Source: Candidatus Zixiibacteriota bacterium (lineage in GTDB: Bacteria > RBG-13-66-14 > B26-G2 > WVWN01). From it: a stretch of 64,000 nt of DNA. Made by a program: the position numbers and the translations under genes. The stretch spans positions 1 through 64,000 of the forward strand of contig JASFLY010000011.1 of assembly GCA_050117845.1 (NCBI GenBank). Reading direction: 5' to 3'. Within the stretch, counting starts at the first letter, position 1. The number at the start of each line of letters is the position of its first letter. Below are positions 38,914-47,778 of the stretch, in pieces. A model generated the notes under the pieces. That model worked only from the letters and a program-made list of their open reading frames with translations. It had not been told where the DNA came from and did not search any database.

Positions 38914-39318
38914 GTGGACGAAGAGAAAAAAGTAGGGTTAGGCGCGGGTCGCGAGGCGGTCTTGAAACCCGAACTCGAGGAAAGGCCGCCGTTGGGGCCG
39001 ATAGTCGCCGCCGTACGTATCGTGGCGCCGTGGTGGCCCGGCGCCGGCCGTCGCAAAACCATCAAGTTCCTCGACGGCCTGGTGGCGGCGTTCCGCATCC
39101 GCGCCCGTGACGAGGCGGGCCTAACGGTTACCGAGGACGGCGACCGGGTGGTCGTGCGTCGGGAGGTTGCGGAGGGACGTTACGAGACGAGGTTCGAACG
39201 GGACCGCCGGACCCGCGGCACGCTGTACTGCGACCGGCGGGAGTTGGAGAACCTGGGAGCCCTCGGCATCCTCGCCAAGGCCGAGGTAATACGGCCGAGG
39301 GAAGGCGAAAAGAAATGA
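38914..39318 (+). CDS. hypothetical protein
   Basis: AAGGA RBS; GC-biased codons; directly upstream of yggS. Confidence 0.55.
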   Translation: MDEEKKVGLGAGREAVLKPELEERPPLGPIVAAVRIVAPWWPGAGRRKTIKFLDGLVAAFRIRARDEAGLTVTEDGDRVVVRREVAEGRYETRFERDRRTRGTLYCDRRELENLGALGILAKAEVIRPREGEKK

Positions 39319-39340
39319 CCGCCGCCGGGGAGTTGCCAAT

Positions 39341-40024
39341 ATGTCGTCGATAGCGGATAACGTGCGGGCGGTACGGGATCGCATCGCGGCCGCGGCCGAA
39401 CGCGCGGGCCGCGACCCGGAAGACGTTTGCCTCGTCGCCGTGAGCAAGACGAGGACGCCCGAGGAAGTCCGGGCCGCCGTCGCGGCGGGTGTCACCGTAG
39501 TGGGGGAGAATCGCGTACAGGAGGCCGAGGGCAAGATAGGGGAGCTGGCGAACCTGGATTGTCGTTGGCATATGGTGGGCCACCTGCAACGCAACAAGGC
39601 CGGCCGAGCCGTCGGCCTGTTCGATATGGTGGAATCGTTGGATAGCCGGCGCCTCGCGGACGCGCTCGCGGCCAGGGCGGCGGAGGCCGACCTCGTCCTG
39701 CCGATACTAATCGAGGTTAACACCAGCGGGGAGGAAAGCAAGTTCGGCGTGCCACCGGAAGAGGCGGCCGACTTCGCGGCGTACGTCGCGTCGATGCCGG
39801 CGTTGAGCCTGGAAGGTTACATGACCGTCGGACCGTTGGGGGGCGGGGAAGCGGCCACGGCAGCGGCTTTCGCCAAACTCCGACGTCTGTTCGAGGAGGG
39901 CCGCGCGGCCCTGGGGCCGGCGTTCCGTTATCTATCGATGGGTATGACGGACGACTTCGAGTTGGCTATCGAGGAGGGGTCGAATATGGTACGGGTGGGA
40001 CGGGCTATTTTCGGCGAGCGCTAG
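39341..40024 (+). CDS. yggS: YggS-family PLP homeostasis protein
   Basis: VAVSK, GENRVQE, WHMVGHLQRNK, LSMGMTDD, VRVGRAIFG. Confidence 0.95.
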   Translation: MSSIADNVRAVRDRIAAAAERAGRDPEDVCLVAVSKTRTPEEVRAAVAAGVTVVGENRVQEAEGKIGELANLDCRWHMVGHLQRNKAGRAVGLFDMVESLDSRRLADALAARAAEADLVLPILIEVNTSGEESKFGVPPEEAADFAAYVASMPALSLEGYMTVGPLGGGEAATAAAFAKLRRLFEEGRAALGPAFRYLSMGMTDDFELAIEEGSNMVRVGRAIFGER

Positions 40025-40557
40025 ATTATCTCGTACTGTTCGGCGTGGGGGTTGAGGAGCAGGCCCTTGCCGCGTTCGCTCGTAACGAGGATTTCTTCGA
40101 CGTATTTCTCGTCGGAGCCGGGCGATAAATCGAGGGTCCAGGCGACGCCCCGGCCGGCGGCGACGACGCGGTCGTACCCCAGGTCGAGCGATACGTGCGT
40201 GCACAGGGCTTCGTCGTACAACCCCTCGCGAGGATAAACGAGCGCCACGAAACGGGCGTCCCTGCTCAGCGGGCGGTTTATCGGACCCACGGTATAGGTT
40301 TCCTTGTTGGGGTTCGCGAAGAGGTTGCTGGCCTCGGCCACCTTGCGGACGTACTCGAGGGACTCGTCCTCGTCGCCGGCCACGGCGACGCGGTAGTAGT
40401 CCCGCCGTTTCAGGTCGGCCAGAACGGCGCCGTAACCCAGCCTATCCGTAAGCGCCTGGCGCGCGGTCAGGGCGACGCGGTCGATGACGCGGAGGGTGAC
40501 GAAAACTTCGAACTCGACGTGTTTCGATTTGATTACTGCCACGGGGGAAAATAACAT
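40021..40557 (-). CDS. tandem PurS-like (FGAM synthase small subunit) protein
   Basis: Two ~85-aa repeats, each with xLGY and ending LFANPNKETY / LLLNPHAEQY, resembling PurS LLxNPxIExY; start uncertain. Confidence 0.6.
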   Translation of the reverse strand: MLFSPVAVIKSKHVEFEVFVTLRVIDRVALTARQALTDRLGYGAVLADLKRRDYYRVAVAGDEDESLEYVRKVAEASNLFANPNKETYTVGPINRPLSRDARFVALVYPREGLYDEALCTHVSLDLGYDRVVAAGRGVAWTLDLSPGSDEKYVEEILVTSERGKGLLLNPHAEQYEII

Positions 40558-40656
40558 TATTACCGGGCAAGCGCAACCGCTAATAGCAGCGTTTGACGCC
40601 GGGCCCCCGTTATGATATAGATATATTCGCGTACAGTTCGAATACTACCGGGGCGG

Positions 40657-41586
40657 TTGCGAGAAGTGGACATAGATAAAAGCGGCGAATTGGAGGAAAC
40701 GAAAGCGGCCGAGGTCCTTGCGGCGATTTACCGGGCGAGGGCGTACGGCCTTGCTCATTTTAAGGGGCCGGCGGGCGAGACCATATACGTTACTTTCGAG
40801 CGAGGGCGGGCTCGACACGCCTCCGGCAATGGTAGGGAAGGGGATGCCGCGCTTTACCTTATCCTTACCTGGGACCAGGGCGAGTATCGTTTTATCGAAG
40901 ACGTCAAATCCGACGAGGATGATTTTCCCTTAAACATTCCAGCCGAGTTGGCGGAATCGCTCTGCAAGGTGGAGGACGTCGAGGAGGAACGAGAGGACGA
41001 GGCTGCGGAGGTGATTCCGCCGTTGCCGGTACTCCCGGAGGGCGAGTCGAGCGACGTTTTCACGGCGAAGACGGCCGACGATTTGAAGAAGAAATTGGGG
41101 GAGTCGGGTTTTTCGGGCTACTGCGCGGTGGGTCCTCCGGACGGCCGGGCGGGCCTGTTGTTAATTTCGGAAGGGGAGGCCGTCTGCTGTCTGTTATGGG
41201 ACGGCGAAGGGTTCGGCCGCTTCGACGACGTATGGTCCGGCCTAGCCCCGTTTTTCGACCGTTCGGCCCGGGAGTGCGCCCTGTACGAGACGGACGCGCC
41301 GAAGGCCGAGGCTATTAACGCGGGCCTCTCGGGACGCCGGATCGTCGCCCGGGTGCCCTCGGCGGTAGTCAACGTCGACGAGTTCCTGGCGTGGGTCGGG
41401 GATACGGGAATGACCGGCCTTATTTCGATAATAGCCGGCGACCGGGCCGCCAATATCCTTATAAGCGGCGGCGACGTGTTGGGCGCGGTCGTCGCGCCGG
41501 AGAACGTCCTCCGGCGGGAGACGGACGAAGCGCTGGCGCTTTTTTACACGCCGGGCGCGACGTTCGAAGCGTTCGCCTTGGAATAA
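40657..41586 (+). CDS. DUF4388-like domain protein
   Basis: IYVTFERGRARHA...GDAALYLILTWDQGEYRF pattern, plus further degenerate copies of the fold. Confidence 0.65.
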   Translation: MREVDIDKSGELEETKAAEVLAAIYRARAYGLAHFKGPAGETIYVTFERGRARHASGNGREGDAALYLILTWDQGEYRFIEDVKSDEDDFPLNIPAELAESLCKVEDVEEEREDEAAEVIPPLPVLPEGESSDVFTAKTADDLKKKLGESGFSGYCAVGPPDGRAGLLLISEGEAVCCLLWDGEGFGRFDDVWSGLAPFFDRSARECALYETDAPKAEAINAGLSGRRIVARVPSAVVNVDEFLAWVGDTGMTGLISIIAGDRAANILISGGDVLGAVVAPENVLRRETDEALALFYTPGATFEAFALE

Positions 41587-41655
41587 CGTTCGCCCGTTAT
41601 CGCTTCCCTCGCACTTGAGGCTGAAGTAAATCGGGCAAAATATAAGAAAAAAGGA

Positions 41656-41684
41656 ACGGCGGCTTTCATAGCCGCCGTGTTTTT
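41656..41684. terminator. bidirectional terminator
   Basis: ACGGCGGCT-ttcat-AGCCGCCGT with A-rich and T-rich flanks. Confidence 0.7.
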
Positions 41685-41833
41685 ATATAGGAAATAAATT
41701 AGCGGGATCTGGCGCCACCGGCAACCTCTTAGGGGCTAATGGCCATTCGCGCCTACGGTCGTCCCCTTTAGTAACGTCGCCGGCCGTGGGACCCAAAGCG
41801 CGTGGCCGGAGTATCCGATACTATTTAAAAGAT

Positions 41834-41862
41834 GGGCGTCAGGCGGTGAAGCCTGACGGCGC
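41834..41862 (-). repeat. third copy of the REP-like palindrome
   Basis: Minus strand GCGCCGTCAGGCTTCACCGCCTGACGCC aligns without gaps to the 28696-28764 copies. Confidence 0.55.
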
Positions 41863-41924
41863 CCGGATAAATGGGGGGGGCGGGCTTCATGCTCGCCGTA
41901 CTTATTGATGGGGTTGCCGGTGTT

Positions 41925-42779
41925 TCAGGCGAAGGCTATCGCGAAGACGCCGGCCGTTATAGCGACGGCCCCGACCAAGCGGCGGAGCCGGCCTCCCTCT
42001 TTCAAAAACAGCGCGCCGAAGATAACGCTGAAGATCATGCCGACGTTGCGCGCGGCGCCGACGTACGAGACGAGCGTCATGTTCAGCGCGACGAGGGCAC
42101 AGAGGAAACCGGCCATGGAGATCACGCCGACCAGCGCGGCGCGGCCGAAGTTGGCGTGAAGGTAACGGGCGGCGGAACGCCATGGCCGGGTAACCAGGCA
42201 GTAAACCCCTAGTGTCGTCCCGGCCACGAGCCAGGCCATGTAGATGGCGGCGAAGGGGGAGAGGAAACCGAGCGCCCACTTGTAGCAAACGTGGTGGCCG
42301 GCGATGGCGACGCCGGTCAGGAGGGAGAGGGCGACCGCCGGGCCGGTGACGGTTGCGCGGCGGGTAGGCCAGGCGACGGCGGCGATGCCCAGAACGATAA
42401 GGCCGATGCCGGCGTACCCGAGTAGCGTGACCCGCTCGGACAGAAAGACGGCGGCCCCGGCAACGATGAAGAGAGGCGCCGACCCCCGGCTGACCGGGTA
42501 CACCAGCGAGAGATCCCCCCGGCGGTAGCTGACGGTTAGGAGGATAAAGTAAGTCCCCTCGATGAGGCCGGCGAGGAATACGGCCGCGACGGCCTCGGCG
42601 TTCAGCGGCGGGAGGCCGGGTACGAGTAACAATAAAAAGACGGGGGTATAAAGGGCGAGAGCCGTTATTATGGCGCCGAGGAAAAAGACGGAAGCGTCCT
42701 CGGCCTTTTTTACGAGGAGGTTCCAAACGGCCAACACGATACCCGAGGCCAGGATTAGGAGCAGGGCCGGGAGCGGCAT
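41925..42779 (-). CDS. EamA/DMT-family transporter
   Basis: About 10 TMs; WNLLVK, YRRGDLSLVYPVSRG, VSYVGAAR. Confidence 0.88.
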   Translation of the reverse strand: MPLPALLLILASGIVLAVWNLLVKKAEDASVFFLGAIITALALYTPVFLLLLVPGLPPLNAEAVAAVFLAGLIEGTYFILLTVSYRRGDLSLVYPVSRGSAPLFIVAGAAVFLSERVTLLGYAGIGLIVLGIAAVAWPTRRATVTGPAVALSLLTGVAIAGHHVCYKWALGFLSPFAAIYMAWLVAGTTLGVYCLVTRPWRSAARYLHANFGRAALVGVISMAGFLCALVALNMTLVSYVGAARNVGMIFSVIFGALFLKEGGRLRRLVGAVAITAGVFAIAFA

Positions 42780-42873
42780 CCGGGCGACAGAATATCACCC
42801 GCGAAGGCGAACGTCAATGCGAAAGGCCGTGGGATTAAATCACGTAGGTCGTTGGGAAGTTAAAAAAAAGCCC

Positions 42874-42902
42874 TTGACACCCGCGGCCTTAATTGGTATT
42901 TT
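42874..42902 (+). promoter_or_regulatory. sigma70 promoter
   Basis: TTGACA-N17-TATTTT with extended -10 TG and an upstream A-tract. Confidence 0.65.
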
Positions 42903-42954
42903 TGAAAGTTAGAGGATTTATCACATCATACCATACGAGCTAGGAGGTAGCTTC

Positions 42955-43395
42955 TTGAAGGCGAAATTCGTAGTAACTATGGCTCTGGCGGCCGTACTGT
43001 GCGTCGCTATCGTTGCCTGCAGTTCGTTAAAGGGGGGCGAAGAGACCTCGACGCCCACGCCGACGCCGACTAAGACGCCCGAAGTTACGCCCGAAGAGGG
43101 CAAGGTAACCAAGTCGACGGTGGGCAATACGACGACTCTGGCCGGGGTACTCCGCGGGACGAACGACTCGAACAAGTTCGACATCTTCGCCGAATCCACC
43201 TACATCGAAGTGGAATTCGATTATCCCTCGGACGCCACTTTCTACGTTAAGGTCCTCGGCAAGAGCGGCAACGAACTCGGGGAATTCGATCTGACCGAAG
43301 GCAACATTATCGAGCTTTCGGGCGGCGGGAAATTCACGCTCATCGTTCACTCCGTGGGCGGCGGCGGTAAATGGTCCGCTACGTACACCGACTAA
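42955..43395 (+). CDS. small lipoprotein with Thr/Pro linker and beta-sandwich domain
   Basis: AGGAGGT RBS; lipobox IVAC; STPTPTPTKTP linker. Confidence 0.8.
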   Translation: MKAKFVVTMALAAVLCVAIVACSSLKGGEETSTPTPTPTKTPEVTPEEGKVTKSTVGNTTTLAGVLRGTNDSNKFDIFAESTYIEVEFDYPSDATFYVKVLGKSGNELGEFDLTEGNIIELSGGGKFTLIVHSVGGGGKWSATYTD

Positions 43396-43415
43396 CGATT
43401 CTATTTCGATTCTTG

Positions 43416-43450
43416 GGGCGTCGGCTTCTTCGAGCCGACGCCCTTTCTTT
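43416..43450 (+). terminator. intrinsic terminator
   Basis: GGGCGTCGGCT-tcttcg-AGCCGACGCCC-TTTCTTT. Confidence 0.8.
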
Positions 43451-43464
43451 GGGAGTGACCTCAC

Positions 43465-43845
43465 GTGGATTCGGCCACAATGGAACGACTCCTGGCGGCC
43501 GCCCGGGACGTTCGGGATAAGGCGTACGCCCCTTATTCCGATTTCCGGGTGGGAGCCGCCGTCCTCGGCGAGGACGGCCGGGTGTACGTCGGCGTCAACG
43601 TCGAGAATGCGTCGTACGGCCTTACGGTGTGCGCGGAACGAAACGCCATCGCGGCCGCTATCGCCGCCGGGGCTCGCCGGATCGAGGCCGTAGCCATTGC
43701 GGCCGACCGGCCGTCCCCGCCTTGTGGGGCCTGCCGCCAGGTTATCGCGGAATTGGGGCCGAGGGCGACGGTAATATGGGAGGACGGCGCCGGCGGGTAC
43801 GTAAGTCGTTCTATTTCCGACCTTCTCCCGGACGCATTCCGTTAA
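43465..43845 (+). CDS. cdd: cytidine deaminase (homotetrameric type)
   Basis: AYAPYS, GVNVENASY, CAER, PCGACRQ. Confidence 0.95.
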   Translation: MDSATMERLLAAARDVRDKAYAPYSDFRVGAAVLGEDGRVYVGVNVENASYGLTVCAERNAIAAAIAAGARRIEAVAIAADRPSPPCGACRQVIAELGPRATVIWEDGAGGYVSRSISDLLPDAFR

Positions 43846-43867
43846 AAAGCGAGCTCGGCGGTTTTCT

Positions 43868-45106
43868 TTGCTTGAAATAAGGAATACCGTTTATTATAAT
43901 GATTTGATATACGGTTACGAAGATTATAAGGGTGTTGCCGACGCCGAAGTATACGTGGCCCGCGTGGCCGCGTACGAGTATGGGGCTGTAAGCGAAGCCG
44001 TCGAAACACTCGTAGAGGCCGCCGGGGGTTGGAACGAGGTGGTTCCGGCCGGCATGCCGGCTTTGATTAAGCCCAACCTCATGTCGGCACGTGAACCCGA
44101 CCGGGCGGTTACGACCCATCCCGTTTTTATCGAAGTCGTCGGGAAGCTTTTGAAACGGGCGGGCAGGGATGCCGTCGTCGGCGATAGCCCTGCGGGAGCG
44201 GTTAAGGGGATTAGGCGGGTCTGGGAGAACACGGGGGCCGCGGCCGCGGCCGAAGCGGCCGGCCTGGAGATGATATCCTTCGAAGGGGGCGGGTCCGTAG
44301 GTCGCTCTGTCGAGAGCCGTTTCTTAAAAGAAATCCGCGTAACGGCGGCGGCAGAAAGCGCCGCGGTGGTAAGTTTACCGAAACTAAAGACCCATTTTCT
44401 GACGATTCTTACCGGGGCCGTAAAAAACTGCATGGGGTTGATTCCGGGATTGGCGAAGGCGGAACTGCATCGGCTGGCGCCTCACCCGGACGATTTCTCC
44501 GAATTGCTGGTGGACCTATTGCCGGCGTACGCGCCCCGTTTTACGTTCGTCGATGCGATAGTGGGATTGGAGGGAGATGGGCCGGCCTCCGGGGAAGCCC
44601 GGAAATTCGGCCTCGTCGTGGCGGGACGGAACGCTGCTGCCATTGACGTCGTGTTGGCCCGGGTGCTGGGTTTCGAACCGGCCGAGGTGCCGACGGTCAG
44701 GATTTCCATCGAACGAGGCCTGACGCCGGCGGAGCCGCCGGTAGTGCCGGTCGGCAAGACCCGCTTAGCGGACCTCGTCTTCGACGACGTGGCGGCTCCG
44801 GGCAGTCTGTGGCTGCGGCATCTTCCCCGGCCCTTACTCCGATTCGTCGGCCGGCAGTTCGTAATTGCGCCGGCCGTTGCGGCGGAGAAGTGTACCGGGT
44901 GTCGGCGTTGCGCCGAGTCGTGTCCGGTCGGCGCCGTGTGGATGTCGGGAGACACGGCCGTTATCGACGGTAAGAAATGCATTCAATGTTTGTGTTGTTA
45001 CGAAACGTGTGCGGACGAAGCGGTTTATCTAAAGCCTGCGCGCGCCGCCCGTGTGTATTACGGCATTCGTGATTTCAGACGTCGTCTACGCCGCCGGCCC
45101 TCCTGA
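43868..45106 (+). CDS. DUF362 protein with C-terminal 2x[4Fe-4S] domain
   Basis: IKPNL, TTHP, GDSP, LPKLKTH, GAVKN, EGDGP; CTGCRRCAESCP and CIQCLCCYETC; true start probably downstream of 43900. Confidence 0.88.
   Translation: MLEIRNTVYYNDLIYGYEDYKGVADAEVYVARVAAYEYGAVSEAVETLVEAAGGWNEVVPAGMPALIKPNLMSAREPDRAVTTHPVFIEVVGKLLKRAGRDAVVGDSPAGAVKGIRRVWENTGAAAAAEAAGLEMISFEGGGSVGRSVESRFLKEIRVTAAAESAAVVSLPKLKTHFLTILTGAVKNCMGLIPGLAKAELHRLAPHPDDFSELLVDLLPAYAPRFTFVDAIVGLEGDGPASGEARKFGLVVAGRNAAAIDVVLARVLGFEPAEVPTVRISIERGLTPAEPPVVPVGKTRLADLVFDDVAAPGSLWLRHLPRPLLRFVGRQFVIAPAVAAEKCTGCRRCAESCPVGAVWMSGDTAVIDGKKCIQCLCCYETCADEAVYLKPARAARVYYGIRDFRRRLRRRPS
43872..43900 (+). promoter_or_regulatory. sigma70 promoter
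   Basis: TTGAAA-N17-TATAAT. Confidence 0.65.
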
Positions 45107-45138
45107 GGCCGGGCGAACCGGGACGATACGGAGGTAAT

Positions 45139-45510
45139 GTGAAAACAGTCGCTTTGATATTACTATCGGTAGCGCTCGGTGTGACCGGCCAGATATTCTT
45201 GAAGTACGGCGTCGGTACGGATGGCGCGATTACCGGTATAAATAAAGCTCTCTTTCATACGCTGCTCAAACCGTTCGTATTGTTGGGGCTTTTCTCTTAC
45301 GGCCTTTCATCCATATCCTGGCTGGTAGTCTTAAGCCGGACGGAACTTTCGTACGCGTATCCAATGGTCGCGCTGGGTTACGTTCTGGTGTTCTTCCTCT
45401 CTTGGTGGTTTTTCGGCGACAAGGTAACGTGGACGCGCGTCGTGGGGTTATTGTTGATATGCTCCGGGGTCGTGTTGGTTGCGATTACGAAACCGGCCGG
45501 TACGCAATGA
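45139..45510 (+). CDS. SMR/ArnE-ArnF-like four-TM transporter or flippase
   Basis: GQIFLK, WLVVLSR.ELSYAYP, four TMs; GGAGGT RBS. Confidence 0.82.
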   Translation: MKTVALILLSVALGVTGQIFLKYGVGTDGAITGINKALFHTLLKPFVLLGLFSYGLSSISWLVVLSRTELSYAYPMVALGYVLVFFLSWWFFGDKVTWTRVVGLLLICSGVVLVAITKPAGTQ

Positions 45511-45514
45511 TACT

Positions 45515-46195
45515 ATGAAGCCTTATTTCCCGAAGGATATCAAAGAGGCGCTCGCGCTCCAGCGCGAGCTGGCCGGCAAGGTCAAGTACACGGCCCGCCC
45601 GCGGCGCGTGCGCTACGTCGCCGGCGTGGATGTGGCGTATCACCGCGGCCGGGAATTGAACGTCGGCGCGGTCGTCATCCTATCTTTCCCGGATCTCGAG
45701 ACGGTGGACGTCGTATGCAAGAAGGCCGCGACGCCATTCCCTTACGTCCCGAGCCTTCTCAGCTTCCGGGAGGCGCCCATCTGTTACGACGTGTTGGAGC
45801 CGCTTAAAAAGAAAATCGACGTGCTCCTGGTCGACGGCCAGGGGATAGCGCACCCCCGGCGCTTCGGCATCGCTTCCCATCTGGGTGTGCTCTTGGATAT
45901 ACCTACTATCGGTTGCGCCAAGTCGCGGCTGGTGGGTGACGAACCGAAACGACTGGGCAAGAAAAAAGGCGCCCGGGGCGCTCTCAAGCACAACGGCGAG
46001 CGGATAGGAACGGTTCTGAGGACGCGGGACGGCGTCAAACCGATATACGTTTCGGTGGGACATCGGAGCAAGCTGGATTGGGCCGAGGACCTCGTGTTGC
46101 AACTCTCGCCGCGTTATCGTATACCCGAGCCCATCTCCCGGGCACATAATACGGTTACCAAGGAGCGCTTGCGCCTAGGCATCGACACCGATTAG
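45515..46195 (+). CDS. nfi: endonuclease V
   Basis: GVDVAY, FPYVPSLLSFRE, VDGQGIAHPRRFGIASH, GCAKSRL, YRIPEP. Confidence 0.95.
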   Translation: MKPYFPKDIKEALALQRELAGKVKYTARPRRVRYVAGVDVAYHRGRELNVGAVVILSFPDLETVDVVCKKAATPFPYVPSLLSFREAPICYDVLEPLKKKIDVLLVDGQGIAHPRRFGIASHLGVLLDIPTIGCAKSRLVGDEPKRLGKKKGARGALKHNGERIGTVLRTRDGVKPIYVSVGHRSKLDWAEDLVLQLSPRYRIPEPISRAHNTVTKERLRLGIDTD

Positions 46196-46235
46196 TTATC
46201 AGCGCCTTAAGGCTTACAATCGGAAGTATCACTTT

Positions 46236-46883
46236 ATGTCGTGCGACCCCCAGGAATTCTTGAAAATATTGAAAACGCGCCGCTCCGTGCGGCGTATGTC
46301 GCCGGCCCCTATTCCCGAGGGGGATATGGAGGCCATAATCGAAGCCGGCCTTTACGCTCCTTCCGGGTCGAATCAGCAACCGTGGCATTTCGCGGTTGTT
46401 AAGAACCGCGACTTGATAAACAAGTTTAAGAATGCGGCGGCCGCAAAGGTGGAAGAAATCGCGGAACGCATCTCATCCGCCAGCGCCCGGAAAAGTTTCG
46501 ACGGCTACGTGCAATATATTACGTTCTTCGAAGATTCCTCCGCCGTAATCTGTTGTTTTGTCGAGCCTTACCGGGCCCTCCTGGAGCGTTTGTTGAGCCG
46601 CTACGCGCCGGAGTTATCCGTCAGTACGCGGGAAAACGCATCGATACAAAGCGTGGCCGCAGCCGCCGAAAACATGCTTCTGGCGGCGCACGCGCTGGGT
46701 TACGCCGGCTGTTGGATGACGGCGCCCCTGATAGCGAAGGACGCAATCGAAGAACTCGTACGGCCCGAAGGCAAGTGGGAACTCCTGGCCATGATCGCCC
46801 TGGGCCAAAGTGAACAAGGGTCGGCCCCGGGCCAGGCTCCGCCGAGGCGGCCACGTGACGAAGTGGTGTCTTATTACCCATGA
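46236..46883 (+). CDS. nitroreductase family protein
   Basis: RRSVR, APSGSNQQPWHF, ENMLLAAHALGY.GCW. Confidence 0.92.
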   Translation: MSCDPQEFLKILKTRRSVRRMSPAPIPEGDMEAIIEAGLYAPSGSNQQPWHFAVVKNRDLINKFKNAAAAKVEEIAERISSASARKSFDGYVQYITFFEDSSAVICCFVEPYRALLERLLSRYAPELSVSTRENASIQSVAAAAENMLLAAHALGYAGCWMTAPLIAKDAIEELVRPEGKWELLAMIALGQSEQGSAPGQAPPRRPRDEVVSYYP

Positions 46884-47674
46884 GAATAAGTAGGATTAAG
46901 TGGCGCGAGGCCTGGCTATGCTTGTTGACGGTTGCGGTATCGTCCTTGGCTCTTTGGGGTTGTACCGGTTCCGCGGAAGACCTGCCGCCGGCCGAGGAAC
47001 CCCCCGCCGAAGTACCGGTTAAAATTATAAACGGCGCCGGAAGGGCCGACGTATGTCGGGAAATAGCGGCCAAGCTCGGCGTCGACGTAGGCGCGGAGGT
47101 CGAAAGTTACCGCGACGCCAATGGCAATCTGGACTACTCGCTCCGCGAGACGACGATACTTTGCGACGACGCGCATCTCGTCCAGGCGAACGCCGTCCGC
47201 GAGGTAGTCGGCGTCGGCTCGGTCGCTTCGGTCCCGGGGCTCGCGCAGATAGAAATGATAGTAGGTTGGGACGCGGCCGGCCCGCCGTGGGAAGATGCTC
47301 CGGGTAACGGCGTCCTCGTGAAAAAAGCCGAGAAAGCCGTTTACTTCCTCCAGAACGGCGAACTGGCGGAAGTCTGGCCCTGCGCCATAGGCAAACCCGA
47401 AAGCCCCACCCCCACGGGCCGGTACGAGGTTACGGTTACGCTCGAGAAGCCGACCTGGTACTGGCAGGGGAAGGCCATCCCGCCCGGACCCGACAACGGC
47501 CTGGGCGATTGGTTCATCGGTATAAGCAAAAAAGGTTACGGCCTCCATGGGACGAACGAACCGCCGAGTATCGGCACTGCGGCGTCCCACGGTTGCGTTA
47601 GAATGTATAACGAGCACGCCGGCGAACTCGTATCGCTGGTATCGCCCGGGACCGTCGTCGTCATCGCCGAATAG
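46880..47674 (+). CDS. lipoprotein L,D-transpeptidase (YkuD) with N-terminal LytR_C-like domain
   Basis: Lipobox LWGC; VKIINGAG...IVGWD; TPTG, YGLHGT, SHGCVRM. Confidence 0.85.
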   Translation: MRISRIKWREAWLCLLTVAVSSLALWGCTGSAEDLPPAEEPPAEVPVKIINGAGRADVCREIAAKLGVDVGAEVESYRDANGNLDYSLRETTILCDDAHLVQANAVREVVGVGSVASVPGLAQIEMIVGWDAAGPPWEDAPGNGVLVKKAEKAVYFLQNGELAEVWPCAIGKPESPTPTGRYEVTVTLEKPTWYWQGKAIPPGPDNGLGDWFIGISKKGYGLHGTNEPPSIGTAASHGCVRMYNEHAGELVSLVSPGTVVVIAE

Positions 47675-47778
47675 GGCGGAACGTCGAGGCCGGTCGCGAG
47701 CGCCGTTTGAGCGAAATCGGGAGAATAAAGCCCTACCGGGATATTTTTTTTGTGGTTTGAAAACCACGGAGGTCAGAC

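Noticed and set aside
41718..41745. GGCAAC...GGCTAATGGCC resembling an HDV-like ribozyme 3' half
   Set aside because: No upstream P1/P2/P3 partners can be formed.
41786..41806. GTGGGACCCAAAGC similar to the c-di-GMP-I core
   Set aside because: No GAAA-capped P2 or P1, and it sits at the 3' ends of convergent genes.
43868..43955. N-terminal extension of the DUF362 ORF
   Set aside because: It overlaps a good promoter (43872-43900); the real start is downstream but cannot be fixed from sequence alone.
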